Shown here: positions 49,792-60,580 of the stretch, one piece after another | Position numbering within the stretch: the first letter of the stretch is position 1 | How the letters are laid out: each line of letters begins with the position of its first letter | Source: an uncultured Thiomicrospira sp. | GTDB lineage: Bacteria > Pseudomonadota > Gammaproteobacteria > CAKMZV01 | Reading direction: 5' to 3' | DNA length: 64,000 bases | Assembly (NCBI GenBank): GCA_965195345.1 | Contig: OZ239628.1 | Coordinates: 1,641,334 to 1,705,333, forward strand | Position numbers and translations under genes: made by a program | The notes under the pieces: generated by a model | Database searches by the model: none | What the model was told of the DNA's origin: nothing | What the model saw: only the letters and a program-made list of their open reading frames with translations

Positions 49792-51081
49792 TTATAAAAC
49801 TGGTGCAAGACTCCAAACTGGATCCCTCACATCACCATCAAGTGATTTTAAAACATGTCTTGATTGACCATCTACGGTACTGATAATCAACTCCTCTCTA
49901 TTCGTTACTCTGTTAACTGCAGAATAAATAAGCATTACCCCATTTGGGGCAAAAGCAGGAGACTCATCTAAAAAGCTACTGGAGATAACCTCAAATTCAT
50001 CCCTCTTCAAATCAAGTACAGAAATAAAGAACCCACCAGTTGAACGACTTATCATGGCAAGGTATTTCCCATCTTTACTTAATGAAGGGTGTGCATTGTA
50101 ATTGCCTTCATGAGTAACTCTTTCAACTCGATTAGATCGTAAATCTAACTTGAAAATCTGCACCGATCCAGAACGATTGGAGGTGAAATAAATCGCTTTA
50201 TTATCTGGCGAGAATATAGCTTCTGTATCAATAGCGGGATGCTTGGTTAAGCGTTTCAACGCCTTAGTGGCATAGTCATAGGAATATATTTCAGAGTTTC
50301 CATCTTTTGATAAGGTCATGAGAATCTTTTTCCCATCATGTGACCAAGACGGAGCACTATTGATGCCGTCGTGAGATGCTATTTTTTGACGCTTAGCCGT
50401 AAACAACGACTGTACGTATATTTCTGAACGACCGTTTTCAAAGGACACATACGCAATATTTTTGCCATCCGGAGACCATGCTGGTGAAATAATCGGTTCT
50501 GAAGACTCGAGTACGGTTGCTGATCCATGTCCATCTGAATCGGATACCTGTAACGAGTAGGTGCGTTTACCTTTCGCATCTTTTTCTACTAATACGTAAG
50601 CTATGCGGTGACTGAATACTCCAGGAATACCCACGATGCTTTCGTATACAGTGTCACTAATTAGATGAGATAACTGTCTAAATTGTTCAGGGAGAGCAGT
50701 CCATGATTTTGTCCAATTTATTTTCTTGCGTAATACATCATGTAAAGTAACGGTTACTCTATAACGTCCTTTTGTTCCCTCTTCTATCTTCCCTGTTAAG
50801 ACGTTTTCAACCCCTAATAAACGATAAAATTGATAGTTAGGCTTAGTGGTTGCTTTAATTGGCTCTTTTACATTTTTAAGTTGATTTTTAAATGCACCAC
50901 TACGAATCAAATCAACAAGAACGACGCCGCTTATACTGTCTTTGTGTGATTGACCCACAAATGGAAGAACAGCAATGGGTAAAGCATTTAATCCACCACC
51001 TATAATTTCAACCTGTATATCAGCTTTAGAAAAAGAACTAACACTTACCAAAAAAAATAAAATCCAACGAAATCTATTCAT
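49792..51081 (-). CDS. tolB: Tol-Pal system beta-propeller protein TolB
   Basis: Signal peptide, an N-terminal TolB domain and a 6-bladed beta-propeller with repeated PxxSPDG motifs. Confidence 0.9.
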   Translation of the reverse strand: MNRFRWILFFLVSVSSFSKADIQVEIIGGGLNALPIAVLPFVGQSHKDSISGVVLVDLIRSGAFKNQLKNVKEPIKATTKPNYQFYRLLGVENVLTGKIEEGTKGRYRVTVTLHDVLRKKINWTKSWTALPEQFRQLSHLISDTVYESIVGIPGVFSHRIAYVLVEKDAKGKRTYSLQVSDSDGHGSATVLESSEPIISPAWSPDGKNIAYVSFENGRSEIYVQSLFTAKRQKIASHDGINSAPSWSHDGKKILMTLSKDGNSEIYSYDYATKALKRLTKHPAIDTEAIFSPDNKAIYFTSNRSGSVQIFKLDLRSNRVERVTHEGNYNAHPSLSKDGKYLAMISRSTGGFFISVLDLKRDEFEVISSSFLDESPAFAPNGVMLIYSAVNRVTNREELIISTVDGQSRHVLKSLDGDVRDPVWSLAPVL

Positions 51082-51090
51082 AACCCTCTC

Positions 51091-52293
51091 CTAAGGTGTA
51101 AAGCGAAAAAGGATATTGCTTTCAAAAGTCAATAGTTCAGGCGTTCTCGGCAACGGCTCTGAACGACGCACTGCTCTTTCAACTGACAATTGAAAACGTT
51201 CGCTGCCTACACAATCAGATAGTTTAACATCAATTATAGACCCATCAGGGTTTTGCTTAACGCGCACATCGCATTTCCACTGTTTTTCAACTTTCGGTGG
51301 TTTGCGCCAGTTAGCTCGAACGGTTTGTTGAATGCTCGCCACATAACTGCGTCTTAGTTTTGATAGTTGTTTTTCTTTCTCTTGCTCTAAACGCCTACGT
51401 TCTGTCGCAGCAACTCTTGCTTCTTCTTCCGCTTTTCTTTGCTGACGCGCTGCTTTCTCTGCCTGTAATCGCTTTTGCAATTGAAGCTCTGCCAGACGTT
51501 TTTCTTCACGTTTTGCTTTTGCTAAAATTTGTTGTTGCTCTTTTTCCAATTCAAGTTTCTTCTTCTCCGATAGAGTCACATTCTTTTTAATTTCACTGAG
51601 CTTCTTCTGAGCAAGATCAACTTTATTGGTTGCACTCCTAACTAAAGAGTTAGCCTTTTTCGCTTCATCACTCGCTTTTCTTGCTTCTATTTGAGCTTTC
51701 TTTCGCAGATTAACGGCTATTTTTGCTTCCTTCTGTGCCTTTTCTTCTTGTTTTTTTGCATTTTTAACATTCAGCAATGCAAGCTTCTCATCTTTCTTAA
51801 TTTGTACAAGTTCTTTTTTTGCTTTAACTGCTTCAGCTTTGGATTTCTTTTCCACCTGCTTTGCTTTTTTTACTTTTGCTTCTATGGACTTGAGTTTTTT
51901 CTGCTCTTTCTGTCGAGTTTTTATCAGCGACTTTTCAGTTTCTTTTAATTTTGCAACTTGCCCTAAGCGTTTTCTCTCTTCGCGTTCTTTTCTTAACTTC
52001 AATAATTTAATGTGTTTCTCAACCAAATCAGCTTGTACAACTTCTGCTTGAATCAGTGTTTTTTCAACTGCTTCTTTCTCTTTTTGTAACTCAGATTCCT
52101 CCTGTACATCTGATGAAATTACTGGCTCACTCGATTCTTTCTTAAATAGCTTAAATGTGCTTTCTTCGGTGTAGCTGACAAGCATAAGCCCAGCAAACGA
52201 TGCATGCACTATTAAAACGAGTGCAAGCACAATGGGATGTTTAAAGAGTAAAGAAAAAAATGATCGGTTGTTTCGAGTACTACTGTTCATCAT
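51091..52293 (-). CDS. tolA: Tol-Pal system protein TolA
   Basis: N-terminal TM anchor, a long Lys/Glu/Ala-rich helical domain II and a C-terminal TolA domain III, lying between tolR and tolB. Confidence 0.7.
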   Translation of the reverse strand: MMNSSTRNNRSFFSLLFKHPIVLALVLIVHASFAGLMLVSYTEESTFKLFKKESSEPVISSDVQEESELQKEKEAVEKTLIQAEVVQADLVEKHIKLLKLRKEREERKRLGQVAKLKETEKSLIKTRQKEQKKLKSIEAKVKKAKQVEKKSKAEAVKAKKELVQIKKDEKLALLNVKNAKKQEEKAQKEAKIAVNLRKKAQIEARKASDEAKKANSLVRSATNKVDLAQKKLSEIKKNVTLSEKKKLELEKEQQQILAKAKREEKRLAELQLQKRLQAEKAARQQRKAEEEARVAATERRRLEQEKEKQLSKLRRSYVASIQQTVRANWRKPPKVEKQWKCDVRVKQNPDGSIIDVKLSDCVGSERFQLSVERAVRRSEPLPRTPELLTFESNILFRFTP

Positions 52294-52714
52294 TGCTGAG
52301 ACTTTCTGTCATTAATCCTACTTTCTCTATGTTCGCTTGCTTAAGCAATGCCATTACTTTCACAATATTGCCGTATGCAGATAATTTCTCCCCTCGAATT
52401 AAAACAGGCAAATCAGGATTGAGTTGTTTCACTGCTGTAACCAAAGATAACATTTCATTGGTTTGAATAGGTTTATTGGGATGTTCGGCAATATTGACAT
52501 ATAAGCTACCTTTGAAATCAACCGTAACAACAACAGGGTCCTCCGTTAAGGAATCGATTTGGCTACCAATGGTACGCGGTAAATCAACTTCCACCCCTTG
52601 CTCAATCAAAGGAGCAGTTATCATAAAAACCAATAGTAAAACCAAGGTGACATCAATATAAGGGACAACATTGATCTCATTGAATGGTTTGCGCCGTGTT
52701 GACCTGTTATTCAT
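52280..52714 (-). CDS. tolR: Tol-Pal system protein TolR (ExbD/TolR family)
   Basis: 144 aa with a single TM helix; INVVPYIDVTLVLLLVFMITAP is a TolR/ExbD signature. Confidence 0.85.
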   Translation of the reverse strand: MNNRSTRRKPFNEINVVPYIDVTLVLLLVFMITAPLIEQGVEVDLPRTIGSQIDSLTEDPVVVTVDFKGSLYVNIAEHPNKPIQTNEMLSLVTAVKQLNPDLPVLIRGEKLSAYGNIVKVMALLKQANIEKVGLMTESLSNDEQ

Positions 52715-53409
52715 GTTCTTTTAATCTTCAATTGTTTTTCCAATAGTCCAGAAAACTCTTCAATAAAAACATGAGAATTTTGATCGATTTCATTAAGTCG
52801 TTCACTTAATCGATTATAAAAAATAACAGCTGGGATGGCTACAAATAGTCCCATTGCGGTTGCAATCAATGCCTCAGATATGCCAGGAGCTACTAATGCT
52901 AACGTCGCATGTTTTACTTGTCCCAGCGCATGAAACGCATGTATTATCCCCCAAACAGTACCGAATAATCCAATGTATGGTGCTGCTGTACCTATTGTTG
53001 CAAGCAAATTTAATTGCTCTTCCATCTGGTTCATCGATTGGTTAAGAGTGATTTTCATTTTTCGTATGATTTGAGATATCAATAAATCAACATCCTGCGG
53101 TTCATCGGCATTTTGATTTTGATTCAGGATAGCATATTCATTAAAGCCAGAGAAAAAAATACTTTTGATTCCTTGAAAATCTTGGCCTTTTGATTCTTTT
53201 TCTGCATTAAACAACTCCCAAAGGTTCTTAGAACTCCAAAATTGTTTTTCAAAAAAAAGATTCAATTTTTGCACCTTTCTATACGCACTAAATTTCAATA
53301 TAGCCACGTACCAAACAATTAACGAGCATATAAGTAATGACAGCATGACAAACTGCACGATCAAAGAAGCGTCTGCCACTAGGGCAAATAAATTAAATTC
53401 TGCATTCAT
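52711..53409 (-). CDS. tolQ: Tol-Pal system protein TolQ (MotA/TolQ/ExbB proton channel)
   Basis: 232 aa with 3 TM helices and the conserved C-terminal MotA_ExbB domain. Confidence 0.85.
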   Translation of the reverse strand: MNAEFNLFALVADASLIVQFVMLSLLICSLIVWYVAILKFSAYRKVQKLNLFFEKQFWSSKNLWELFNAEKESKGQDFQGIKSIFFSGFNEYAILNQNQNADEPQDVDLLISQIIRKMKITLNQSMNQMEEQLNLLATIGTAAPYIGLFGTVWGIIHAFHALGQVKHATLALVAPGISEALIATAMGLFVAIPAVIFYNRLSERLNEIDQNSHVFIEEFSGLLEKQLKIKRT

Positions 53410-53411
53410 AA

Positions 53412-53810
53412 TTATTCAAATATTGTACGTATCGTTTCTGGAATTCTGGTGGGTCGGAAATTGCTATTTGAAACCCATGCTATTACCACCTGAGCTTCGA
53501 CTAACAGCTCACCATTATCCTTGTTCACTATTTCTTGGTCAAGATGGATTGATGATTTTAAACACTTACTAACAAGGCATTTAACCACTAATTGATCTTC
53601 AAGGACGGCAGGTTTAAGAAAACGCATCTTCAAAGACGCAACGACCATTTTACCACCTACATCCGTGGACATTGCTTTTTGACTAATGCCTCTGCTCAAC
53701 AACCATTCACTGCGCGCCCTTTCAAAATAATTTGCATACTTTGAATGATACACAACGCCTCCTGCATCGGTGTCTTCCCAATATACTCGGACTGTAAATT
53801 CATACTTCAT
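53412..53810 (-). CDS. ybgC: Tol-Pal-associated acyl-CoA thioesterase YbgC (4HBT hotdog)
   Basis: N-terminal VRVYWEDTDAGGVVYH motif, upstream of tolQ. Confidence 0.8.
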   Translation of the reverse strand: MKYEFTVRVYWEDTDAGGVVYHSKYANYFERARSEWLLSRGISQKAMSTDVGGKMVVASLKMRFLKPAVLEDQLVVKCLVSKCLKSSIHLDQEIVNKDNGELLVEAQVVIAWVSNSNFRPTRIPETIRTIFE

Positions 53811-53819
53811 AATCAGAGC

Positions 53820-54824
53820 TCACACTAATGTCCCCCTATCAATACCAAGGTGTTTATAGGCATGCTCCGTGGCAACACGTCCACGTGAAGTACGCATTAA
53901 AAACCCTTGTTGCACTAAATAGGGCTCAATGACATCTTCAAGCGTGCCTTTTTCCTCTCCTATGGCCGTTGCCAGCGTGTCCAATCCTACAGGACCTCCA
54001 TTGAAATGCTCCACCAACACCTGCATAAAACGGCGGTCAATTTTATCCAACCCTGCGTGATCAACCTCCAACATACTCAAAGCTTGCTGAGCAACATCAA
54101 CCGTAATAACACCATCGCCGAGAACCTCTGCGTAATCACGCACTCTTTTTAATAAACGATTAGCAATTCTGGGGGTTCCGCGCGCACGTTTAGCAATTTC
54201 AATACATCCTTGTGGCAGGCACGTAATTGATAAAAGTTGAGCAGAGCGTGCTATGATCTTAGACAATGAATCATCATCGTAAAACTCAAGACGTTGTACT
54301 ATACCGAAACGATCGCGTAATGGAGAGGTCAGCAAACCTGCACGCGTTGTTGCTCCTACTAAGGTGAAAGGGGCAACCTCTATTTTCACCGATTGAGCAG
54401 CAGGACCCTCGCCGATAATAATATCAAGTTGATAATCCTCCATCGCTGGATAAAGCACTTCTTCCATCACTGGTGATAGGCGGTGAATTTCATCAATAAA
54501 TAAAATATCACCTCTATCTAATTTGGTTAGCATGGCTGCTAAATCGCCTGGTTTTTCTATAACTGGACCTGATGTGGAATGCATGCGCGTGCCCATTTCA
54601 TTTGAAATGATGTGCGCTAGTGTCGTTTTCCCAAGCCCAGGAGGACCAAACAACAAAACATGATCAAGTGATTCATTCCGTTTTTTGGCGGCGGACAAAA
54701 ACACCCCCATCTGATCGCAGATCTTATCTTGTCCAATATATTCGTCGAGTCCTTTGGGTCTTAGAGACACCTCAAAATCAAAGTGTTCATCAAGTTCAGA
54801 GGAAATAATTCGATTTTCTTCCAC
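53820..54824 (-). CDS. ruvB: Holliday junction branch migration ATPase RuvB
   Basis: AAA+ fold with Walker [15 protein letters not shown], and a winged-helix C-terminus. Confidence 0.95.
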   Translation of the reverse strand: MEENRIISSELDEHFDFEVSLRPKGLDEYIGQDKICDQMGVFLSAAKKRNESLDHVLLFGPPGLGKTTLAHIISNEMGTRMHSTSGPVIEKPGDLAAMLTKLDRGDILFIDEIHRLSPVMEEVLYPAMEDYQLDIIIGEGPAAQSVKIEVAPFTLVGATTRAGLLTSPLRDRFGIVQRLEFYDDDSLSKIIARSAQLLSITCLPQGCIEIAKRARGTPRIANRLLKRVRDYAEVLGDGVITVDVAQQALSMLEVDHAGLDKIDRRFMQVLVEHFNGGPVGLDTLATAIGEEKGTLEDVIEPYLVQQGFLMRTSRGRVATEHAYKHLGIDRGTLV

Positions 54825-54828
54825 GATG

Positions 54829-55425
54829 CTAATATTTCCTTCTCAATAACCAACGCACTTTGTCTGCTGTCCCCATGTCTGGTTCATCGGTGGGCAGGCT
54901 TCTTACCATAGCGTCTGCTTCATTTGCTGAGTAGCCCAAAGCGACTAACGCGGCATGCACATCTGCCAATTTTGTTTGTCCATCGGAAGATTGCTCGCCA
55001 CTTGACAAGGAAACGGACAGTTTCCCTTTAAAACGATCTGCCATTTCCAGTAGTAATCGCTCTGCTGTTTTTTTACCAATTCCTGGAACGGAAGTTAAAC
55101 GACTGATGTCCTTGCTTTGAATTATTTCCATCAATTCTTGAACGGATAATCCAGATAAAATCCCCAAAGCCACTTTTGCCCCTACACCATTTATTTTGAG
55201 CAATTCGGAAAACACCTGCTTTTCCTGTATCTCAGAAAAACCGAATAAAAGCAGAGCATCCTCTCGTACCAAAGTATATATGTGAAGGGTACACTCCTCT
55301 CCTACTTTAGGCAGTTGACTGAAGGTGACATATGAGACTTCAATTACATAGCCAACACCCCTAACATCAAGGATTAAATTAGGGGGCGATTTTTGAAGCA
55401 ATACGCCTTTTAGCCAAGCAATCAT
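54829..55425 (-). CDS. ruvA: Holliday junction DNA helicase subunit RuvA
   Basis: OB domain I, two HhH motifs ([18 protein letters not shown]) and a C-terminal domain III. Confidence 0.9.
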   Translation of the reverse strand: MIAWLKGVLLQKSPPNLILDVRGVGYVIEVSYVTFSQLPKVGEECTLHIYTLVREDALLLFGFSEIQEKQVFSELLKINGVGAKVALGILSGLSVQELMEIIQSKDISRLTSVPGIGKKTAERLLLEMADRFKGKLSVSLSSGEQSSDGQTKLADVHAALVALGYSANEADAMVRSLPTDEPDMGTADKVRWLLRRKY

Positions 55426-55922
55426 GATGGGCGGTTTTTTCTACTTAACGCTCTGGTGCCGATATGATTTGAAAGACATAACGCGACAGCAAGAGCATCT
55501 GCGCTATCTTCTTGTAGGTCACTGCGTATTTTGAGTAATGTTTTTATCATAAATTGCACTTGCCCTTTTGTGGCGTGTCCATTGCCTACCACTGTTTTTT
55601 TAACTTCTGTTGCAGAAAACTCTTCAACATCCAAACCCAAAGAAACCCCTGCACAAATCGCAGCTCCGCGCGCTTGACCAAGCTTAAGGGCAGAGTCTGG
55701 ATTACGATGCATAAACACTTTCTCAACCCCCATACTATCAGGTTTCAAACGTCGAATAACATCATGCAATTCAGAAAAAATTTGCGCCAAACGTTTAGGA
55801 ATTTCTGTATCTTTGGTTTTTATGTAACCTGCTTCAATAAACAATGTATTCCTATTATCGACATCAATAACGCCATAACCGGTAATTCTTGAACCTGGGT
55901 CAATACCTATAATTCTACGCAA
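55422..55922 (-). CDS. ruvC: Crossover junction endodeoxyribonuclease RuvC
   Basis: RNase-H fold with IIGIDPGSRITGYGV and catalytic acidic residues. Confidence 0.9.
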   Translation of the reverse strand: MRRIIGIDPGSRITGYGVIDVDNRNTLFIEAGYIKTKDTEIPKRLAQIFSELHDVIRRLKPDSMGVEKVFMHRNPDSALKLGQARGAAICAGVSLGLDVEEFSATEVKKTVVGNGHATKGQVQFMIKTLLKIRSDLQEDSADALAVALCLSNHIGTRALSRKNRPS

Positions 55923-55932
55923 ATGTTTCGCT

Positions 55933-56652
55933 CTATATTATTTCAAGATTCGAATGAACAGCTTGCACATCGTCAAGATCTTCAATCGTATCCACTAGGT
56001 TTATGACTTTCTCAGCTTGTTCTTCAGTTAATTCTATTTTTACATCTGCATCCAAAGCTAACTCTGACTGAAGACATTCGAATCCAGCCTGAACGATTGC
56101 TTCTTTAACATTCAAATAATGTTCCGCATCGGTCGCTACAATAATATTCCCCGCATCGTCCACTTCAACGTCTTCAGCACCGTTTTCCAAAGCCACTTCA
56201 AATAACTCATCCTCGTCCGCTTCAGAAGAGACTTGAATAAACCCACGATGATTAAACATGTAAGCTACCGAACCATCTGTGCCTAAATTGCCACCATGCT
56301 TACTAAAAGCATGTCTCACTTCTGAAACCGTCCGTTGTTTATTATCGGTCAGGCAGTCAACTATAATAGCGACCCCTGAGGTCGCATAACCTTCGTAACG
56401 CATTTCCTCGTAATTTACACCATCAAGATTTCCCGATCCCCTCGCTATTGCTTTATCGATTGAATCACGTTTCATATTATTGGACAATGCTTTGTCAACA
56501 GCTGCGCGCAGCCTAGGGTTCGCCGCAACATCGCCACCTTGTTTAGCTGAAACGGTTAATTCGCGAATTAATTTTGTGAAAATTTTTCCTCGCTTGGCAT
56601 CTTGATTTGCTTTGCGATGCTTGATGTTTGCCCATTTACTATGACCTGCCAT
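55933..56652 (-). CDS. yebC: YebC/PmpR family transcriptional regulator
   Basis: MAGHSKWANIKHRKA…; it follows the conserved yebC-ruvC order. Confidence 0.85.
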   Translation of the reverse strand: MAGHSKWANIKHRKANQDAKRGKIFTKLIRELTVSAKQGGDVAANPRLRAAVDKALSNNMKRDSIDKAIARGSGNLDGVNYEEMRYEGYATSGVAIIVDCLTDNKQRTVSEVRHAFSKHGGNLGTDGSVAYMFNHRGFIQVSSEADEDELFEVALENGAEDVEVDDAGNIIVATDAEHYLNVKEAIVQAGFECLQSELALDADVKIELTEEQAEKVINLVDTIEDLDDVQAVHSNLEII

Positions 56653-56712
56653 AAATTCCTCTAACCTTTCTGCGTTTAATATTCTATGCGCTTAATCTTT
56701 TTGCTCCAATTC

Positions 56713-57804
56713 CTATGCGTCGCCTACCATACGAATAGGCATATTATTTTGTCTTGAAAAATCCAACATTCTTTGAATTGGAACTAACGCTCTTTTTCTA
56801 ATAGACTCTTCAATTTCAATTTCAGGGGTATTATTTTTCAAACAGTCTCGAATATTTTGTAGCCGATTAATTGCCATCCATGGGCACTTTCCACAAGACT
56901 CACAAGTTGCACCCTTGCCGCCAGAAGGAGCAACTATAAAGCTCTTCTTCGATTGAATCTGCTTCATTTTATGGAAAATTCCCTCATCAGTAGCAACGAT
57001 AAAACGCGTAGCTGGATGCTTATTAACTGCGTTGATGAGTACTTTTGTAGAGCCAACAATCTCAGCATGTTCAAGCACTGCAGCAGGAGATTCAGGATGC
57101 GCAATAACAACAGCATCTGGATTATCCTTCATCATTGTCAACAATGCATCCGACTTAAACTCATCATGTACTACGCAGTGCCCGCGCCAATTTATCATAT
57201 CAGCACCTGTTTGGGCTTGTATCCAATTGCCCAAATGCCTATCTGGAGCCCAAAGGATTTTCTCCCCTTGTTCTTTCAAATGTTGAACAATTTGTAAAGC
57301 ATTACCCGACGTCACAACCCAATCTGCTTCTGCTTTCACTGCTGCACTCGTATTCGCATACACCACGCTAATACGATCTGGATATTGCGCTTTAAATTCT
57401 TTAAAAGCCTCCACCGGACAACCAATATCTAATGAGCAAGTTGCTTCAAGTGTTGGCATCAGAACAGTTTTATCAGGCGTTAATATTTTAGCCGTCTCTC
57501 CCATAAAACGCACGCCACTGACCACTAACTTTTGAGCAGTATGTTCGTTACCAAAGTATGCCATATCTAATGAATCAGCAACATGCCCACCCGTTTCTTC
57601 GGCTAACGACTGAATTTCAGCTGCTACGTAATAATGGGCTACGATTACAGCATCTTTTTCTCGTAATAAATGTTCAATTTCGCATTTTAGATCCTCGACA
57701 CTTTCACTCTCATCAAAGTGCATTTCTCTAGCTATCACCGCTTTTTGATGAATAGTGCGAAGGAGGCTTTCTGGCGTTCTATTTTCAGACTGCATAGTGC
57801 GCAT
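56713..57804 (-). CDS. nadA: Quinolinate synthase A
   Basis: 363 aa with the threefold-repeat architecture, conserved Cys ligands for the 4Fe-4S cluster, and the HPE motif (AHPESP). Confidence 0.85.
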   Translation of the reverse strand: MRTMQSENRTPESLLRTIHQKAVIAREMHFDESESVEDLKCEIEHLLREKDAVIVAHYYVAAEIQSLAEETGGHVADSLDMAYFGNEHTAQKLVVSGVRFMGETAKILTPDKTVLMPTLEATCSLDIGCPVEAFKEFKAQYPDRISVVYANTSAAVKAEADWVVTSGNALQIVQHLKEQGEKILWAPDRHLGNWIQAQTGADMINWRGHCVVHDEFKSDALLTMMKDNPDAVVIAHPESPAAVLEHAEIVGSTKVLINAVNKHPATRFIVATDEGIFHKMKQIQSKKSFIVAPSGGKGATCESCGKCPWMAINRLQNIRDCLKNNTPEIEIEESIRKRALVPIQRMLDFSRQNNMPIRMVGDA

Positions 57805-57944
57805 AATCTAATGGTTTTTTATAATTACAGTTTTTGAAGAATTGGCTATTCGAACGTAATTGGAAATTCATCGTTGAATTTTACCATTTTTCCCTAAAAT
57901 TCTTAGAGTAGCACGCACATAATTGACGAATTAATACATTTCAA

Positions 57945-59594
57945 TCATTCTTTGGAAGAATTGATCAGTTTTCCAACTTTTTCTAAAATGTCAGCTGAAG
58001 GAAATTTCTTATGTGCTTCTTCCCATAGAGTGTGCGCCTCTTCCGTTTGACCACTAACGAAAAGCACTTCAACTATGTGGCCAATAACTTCTGGGTCATA
58101 TTTCAAATTCATAGCCTGTCGCAAGTACAAAATTGCTTCTTTATACTCTTTTAGTCGGTATTTCGCCCATCCTAGAGAATCAAGAATATGGTAAGCCGAC
58201 GGCTTGAGTTTAAGAGCCCTCTCTATTAAAGGAACAGCCTCTTCGGCTCTATCTAGTTCATCAGCCAAAATATATCCCAATCCATTAAGTGCTTCGCTAT
58301 GATTTTCATCAATATTAATGATGGTTCGCATATCTCGCTCAAAGCCTTTTACATCGTCTAATGCAATAAGAAAAGAGCCTCTCTGATAAAGCGCTTCAAC
58401 TCGATTAGGGTATTTTTTTAAAAACTCATTGAGCAAATTTAACCCCGATTTGCTATCACCCACATCATAAAACACTTGTGAAGCAAGAATTAAATTTTGC
58501 TCAAGTTGCTCTTCAGTTTGGCTCTTTGTACCGCTTAATATATTCAAAGCCTCTTGATATCGCTTTTGACTACGATAGATGCTAGCTAACTCATAATTCT
58601 TCTGAAACCTCAATTGGTCAGAGTCAATTTTCTTCAATACTTTTTCTGCTTCGTCTAATGCACCATTGCGGATATACATTAACCCGAGAAAGTAATTAGC
58701 CCAGTCTCTATATTCATCATCTTTTTCGAGTTCTTCAAAAATACCTCGAGCCTTATTGGGCTGATTATTACGCCCATATATTCGAGCTAGTAAAAGCTGA
58801 TAGTTTGGCTCCGTTATATTCTCCATTGCTTCTATTTTTTCTTTAGCCTCTGAGTACAACCCCATGCTAAAAGAGAGCTGAGCATTCAAGTATTTAAGTT
58901 CTTTATAATTTGGATATGCCTGCAAACCCTTTGTGATGGCTGCTTGAGCTTCACCGAAGAGTTCACGCCAAACCAGAGCTTTAATCCATGCCTCGTACAA
59001 CAGAACGTCCAATTCATCGTGCACTGCTGCTTGTAGAAACAACAATACCCCGTTACTATTTTGACTTGAAAACTCTTCATCCGAGGCCTCTAAGAAGAGT
59101 AACAACTCATTACTACTTACATCAGCATCAACCAGTTCGTTATATAGTTTTTCTGATATTGACTGAGTATTCAAACTCATGCTTACTTTGAAAAGTTGCT
59201 TAATCTGTGTGACTGATGGTTTCAAATTACCCGCTTCAATCCCGTTCAAAATACGTATCAAATTTTTTTCAACCAAATCTTTTCTTCCAGCGAGAGACGC
59301 ATAATTCAAAGCATAGAAAAAAATATTTTCTGTATCAGGATAGGTTTGGGCTATTTTTTCATACAGTTGAGCAGCTTCTAAAGTGTTTCCTTCACGCACA
59401 GCAATTTGAGCACTAAGTATTTTGAATAACATTTGACCTGCTAAAGGGCGAGGGTCATTTTTTTCAATAGCCGGTTGATTTTCAACAGTGGGCTCCCGAG
59501 TCGATGTCACGCCACAGCCTGAAAAAACAGAACCGAGAACGACGGTAACAATCGAGACGTAAAACTTAGATAGTATCTTCATACGATGAAGCAT
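57945..59594 (-). CDS. TPR-repeat lipoprotein, unknown function (549 aa, lipobox FSGC)
   Basis: Signal peptide plus lipobox, and at least 8 TPR-like repeats along the whole length (…AEAYY…, …LGLMYIRNGALDEA…). Confidence 0.55.
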   Translation of the reverse strand: MLHRMKILSKFYVSIVTVVLGSVFSGCGVTSTREPTVENQPAIEKNDPRPLAGQMLFKILSAQIAVREGNTLEAAQLYEKIAQTYPDTENIFFYALNYASLAGRKDLVEKNLIRILNGIEAGNLKPSVTQIKQLFKVSMSLNTQSISEKLYNELVDADVSSNELLLFLEASDEEFSSQNSNGVLLFLQAAVHDELDVLLYEAWIKALVWRELFGEAQAAITKGLQAYPNYKELKYLNAQLSFSMGLYSEAKEKIEAMENITEPNYQLLLARIYGRNNQPNKARGIFEELEKDDEYRDWANYFLGLMYIRNGALDEAEKVLKKIDSDQLRFQKNYELASIYRSQKRYQEALNILSGTKSQTEEQLEQNLILASQVFYDVGDSKSGLNLLNEFLKKYPNRVEALYQRGSFLIALDDVKGFERDMRTIINIDENHSEALNGLGYILADELDRAEEAVPLIERALKLKPSAYHILDSLGWAKYRLKEYKEAILYLRQAMNLKYDPEVIGHIVEVLFVSGQTEEAHTLWEEAHKKFPSADILEKVGKLINSSKE

Positions 59595-59691
59595 TATGCC
59601 ATTTTCTAACGTTTTTTTGAATGAATTTAATATCCCGCATATACTTAAATATCATCACTTAAAGTTTCTCAAACTGCAGGTATAATCCCTA

Positions 59692-60174
59692 TTGTTTATC
59701 AAATCTCATAATATGCAAAATAAACAACATAATAAAATCTTTCCTTTTCCACCCCGAGCAACGGTCGGCATCGTATATTCTCGATTCAATCTTGATATTA
59801 CAGACAAATTGTTAGCAGGTGCTAAGGAAACTTTGACCCAAGCAGGCGCTCGTGAAGAGCAACTCGTTATTAAAGACGTACCTGGAGCTGTAGAATTACC
59901 GCTTGCCGCACAACATTTATTAACAAATTCTTTGGTAGATGGTGTCATTGTTTTAGGTGCCGTTATACGCGGAGACACAGATCATTTTGATTACGTTTGC
60001 CAAATGTGTGCTCAAGGCATTATCGATGTGCAGTTGAATTTACACAAACCAATTATTTTCGGACTGTTGACTACCAATACTGAAGAACAAGCTATTGAGC
60101 GCGCAAGCAATGAAAATAATAAAGGAATAGATTGTGCAAAAACGTTAATTGAAATGTTGCACTTGGTGCAATAA
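59692..60174 (+). CDS. ribH: 6,7-dimethyl-8-ribityllumazine synthase
   Basis: VGIVYSRFN, GAVELPLAA, GAVIRGDTDHFDYV; collinear with E. coli RibH. Confidence 0.85.
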   Translation: MFIKSHNMQNKQHNKIFPFPPRATVGIVYSRFNLDITDKLLAGAKETLTQAGAREEQLVIKDVPGAVELPLAAQHLLTNSLVDGVIVLGAVIRGDTDHFDYVCQMCAQGIIDVQLNLHKPIIFGLLTTNTEEQAIERASNENNKGIDCAKTLIEMLHLVQ

Positions 60175-60175
60175 T

Positions 60176-60580
60176 ATGTCTCAATTTACCACACGACAAC
60201 GCATTATTCAAGCACTTTACCAGTGGCAACTTAACGATGACGACATCAACTTTATTTGTGCACAATTCACAACCAGTGCCGAACGTACAAAAGGCATTGA
60301 TGAGCAAAAGTTTGTACAGCAATTCAAAAGTATAGTAGGAAATGTCATACAGATTGATGAAACTTTTAAACCTTTCTTAAATCGAGATAACTTCCACATA
60401 GGAGAAGTAGAAAGATCCATACTTCGGCTTGCTACTTTCGAATTGTTATTTACCAAAGAAACGCCACATAAAGTCATAATTGACCAAGCACTTGAACTCG
60501 CCAAAATTTTTAATTGTAAGGAGAGTAAAGGCTTTATCAATGCTGTGCTTGATCAAATAAAAATAGACAGGACACAATGA
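60176..60580 (+). CDS. nusB: Transcription antitermination factor NusB
   Basis: RQRIIQALYQWQL matches the NusB N-terminus (ARECAVQALYSWQL). The start is probably MSQFTTRQR at 60176; the ORF call at 60149 overlaps ribH. Confidence 0.85.
   Translation: MSQFTTRQRIIQALYQWQLNDDDINFICAQFTTSAERTKGIDEQKFVQQFKSIVGNVIQIDETFKPFLNRDNFHIGEVERSILRLATFELLFTKETPHKVIIDQALELAKIFNCKESKGFINAVLDQIKIDRTQ

Noticed and set aside
51360-52051. Three plus-strand ORFs (51360..51590, 51691..51948, 51839..52051) with Phe/Leu/Cys-rich translations
   Set aside because: They are antisense to tolA. They are the mirror image of its Lys/Glu/Ala-rich coding repeat (AAR/GAR codons read as TTY/YTC) and not genuine membrane proteins.
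51400-52100. Low-complexity nucleotide repeats (gcttttt / ttcttt runs) that could be mistaken for a tandem-repeat element
   Set aside because: They lie within tolA domain II coding sequence (KAKEEAEKK periodicity), a normal feature of TolA.
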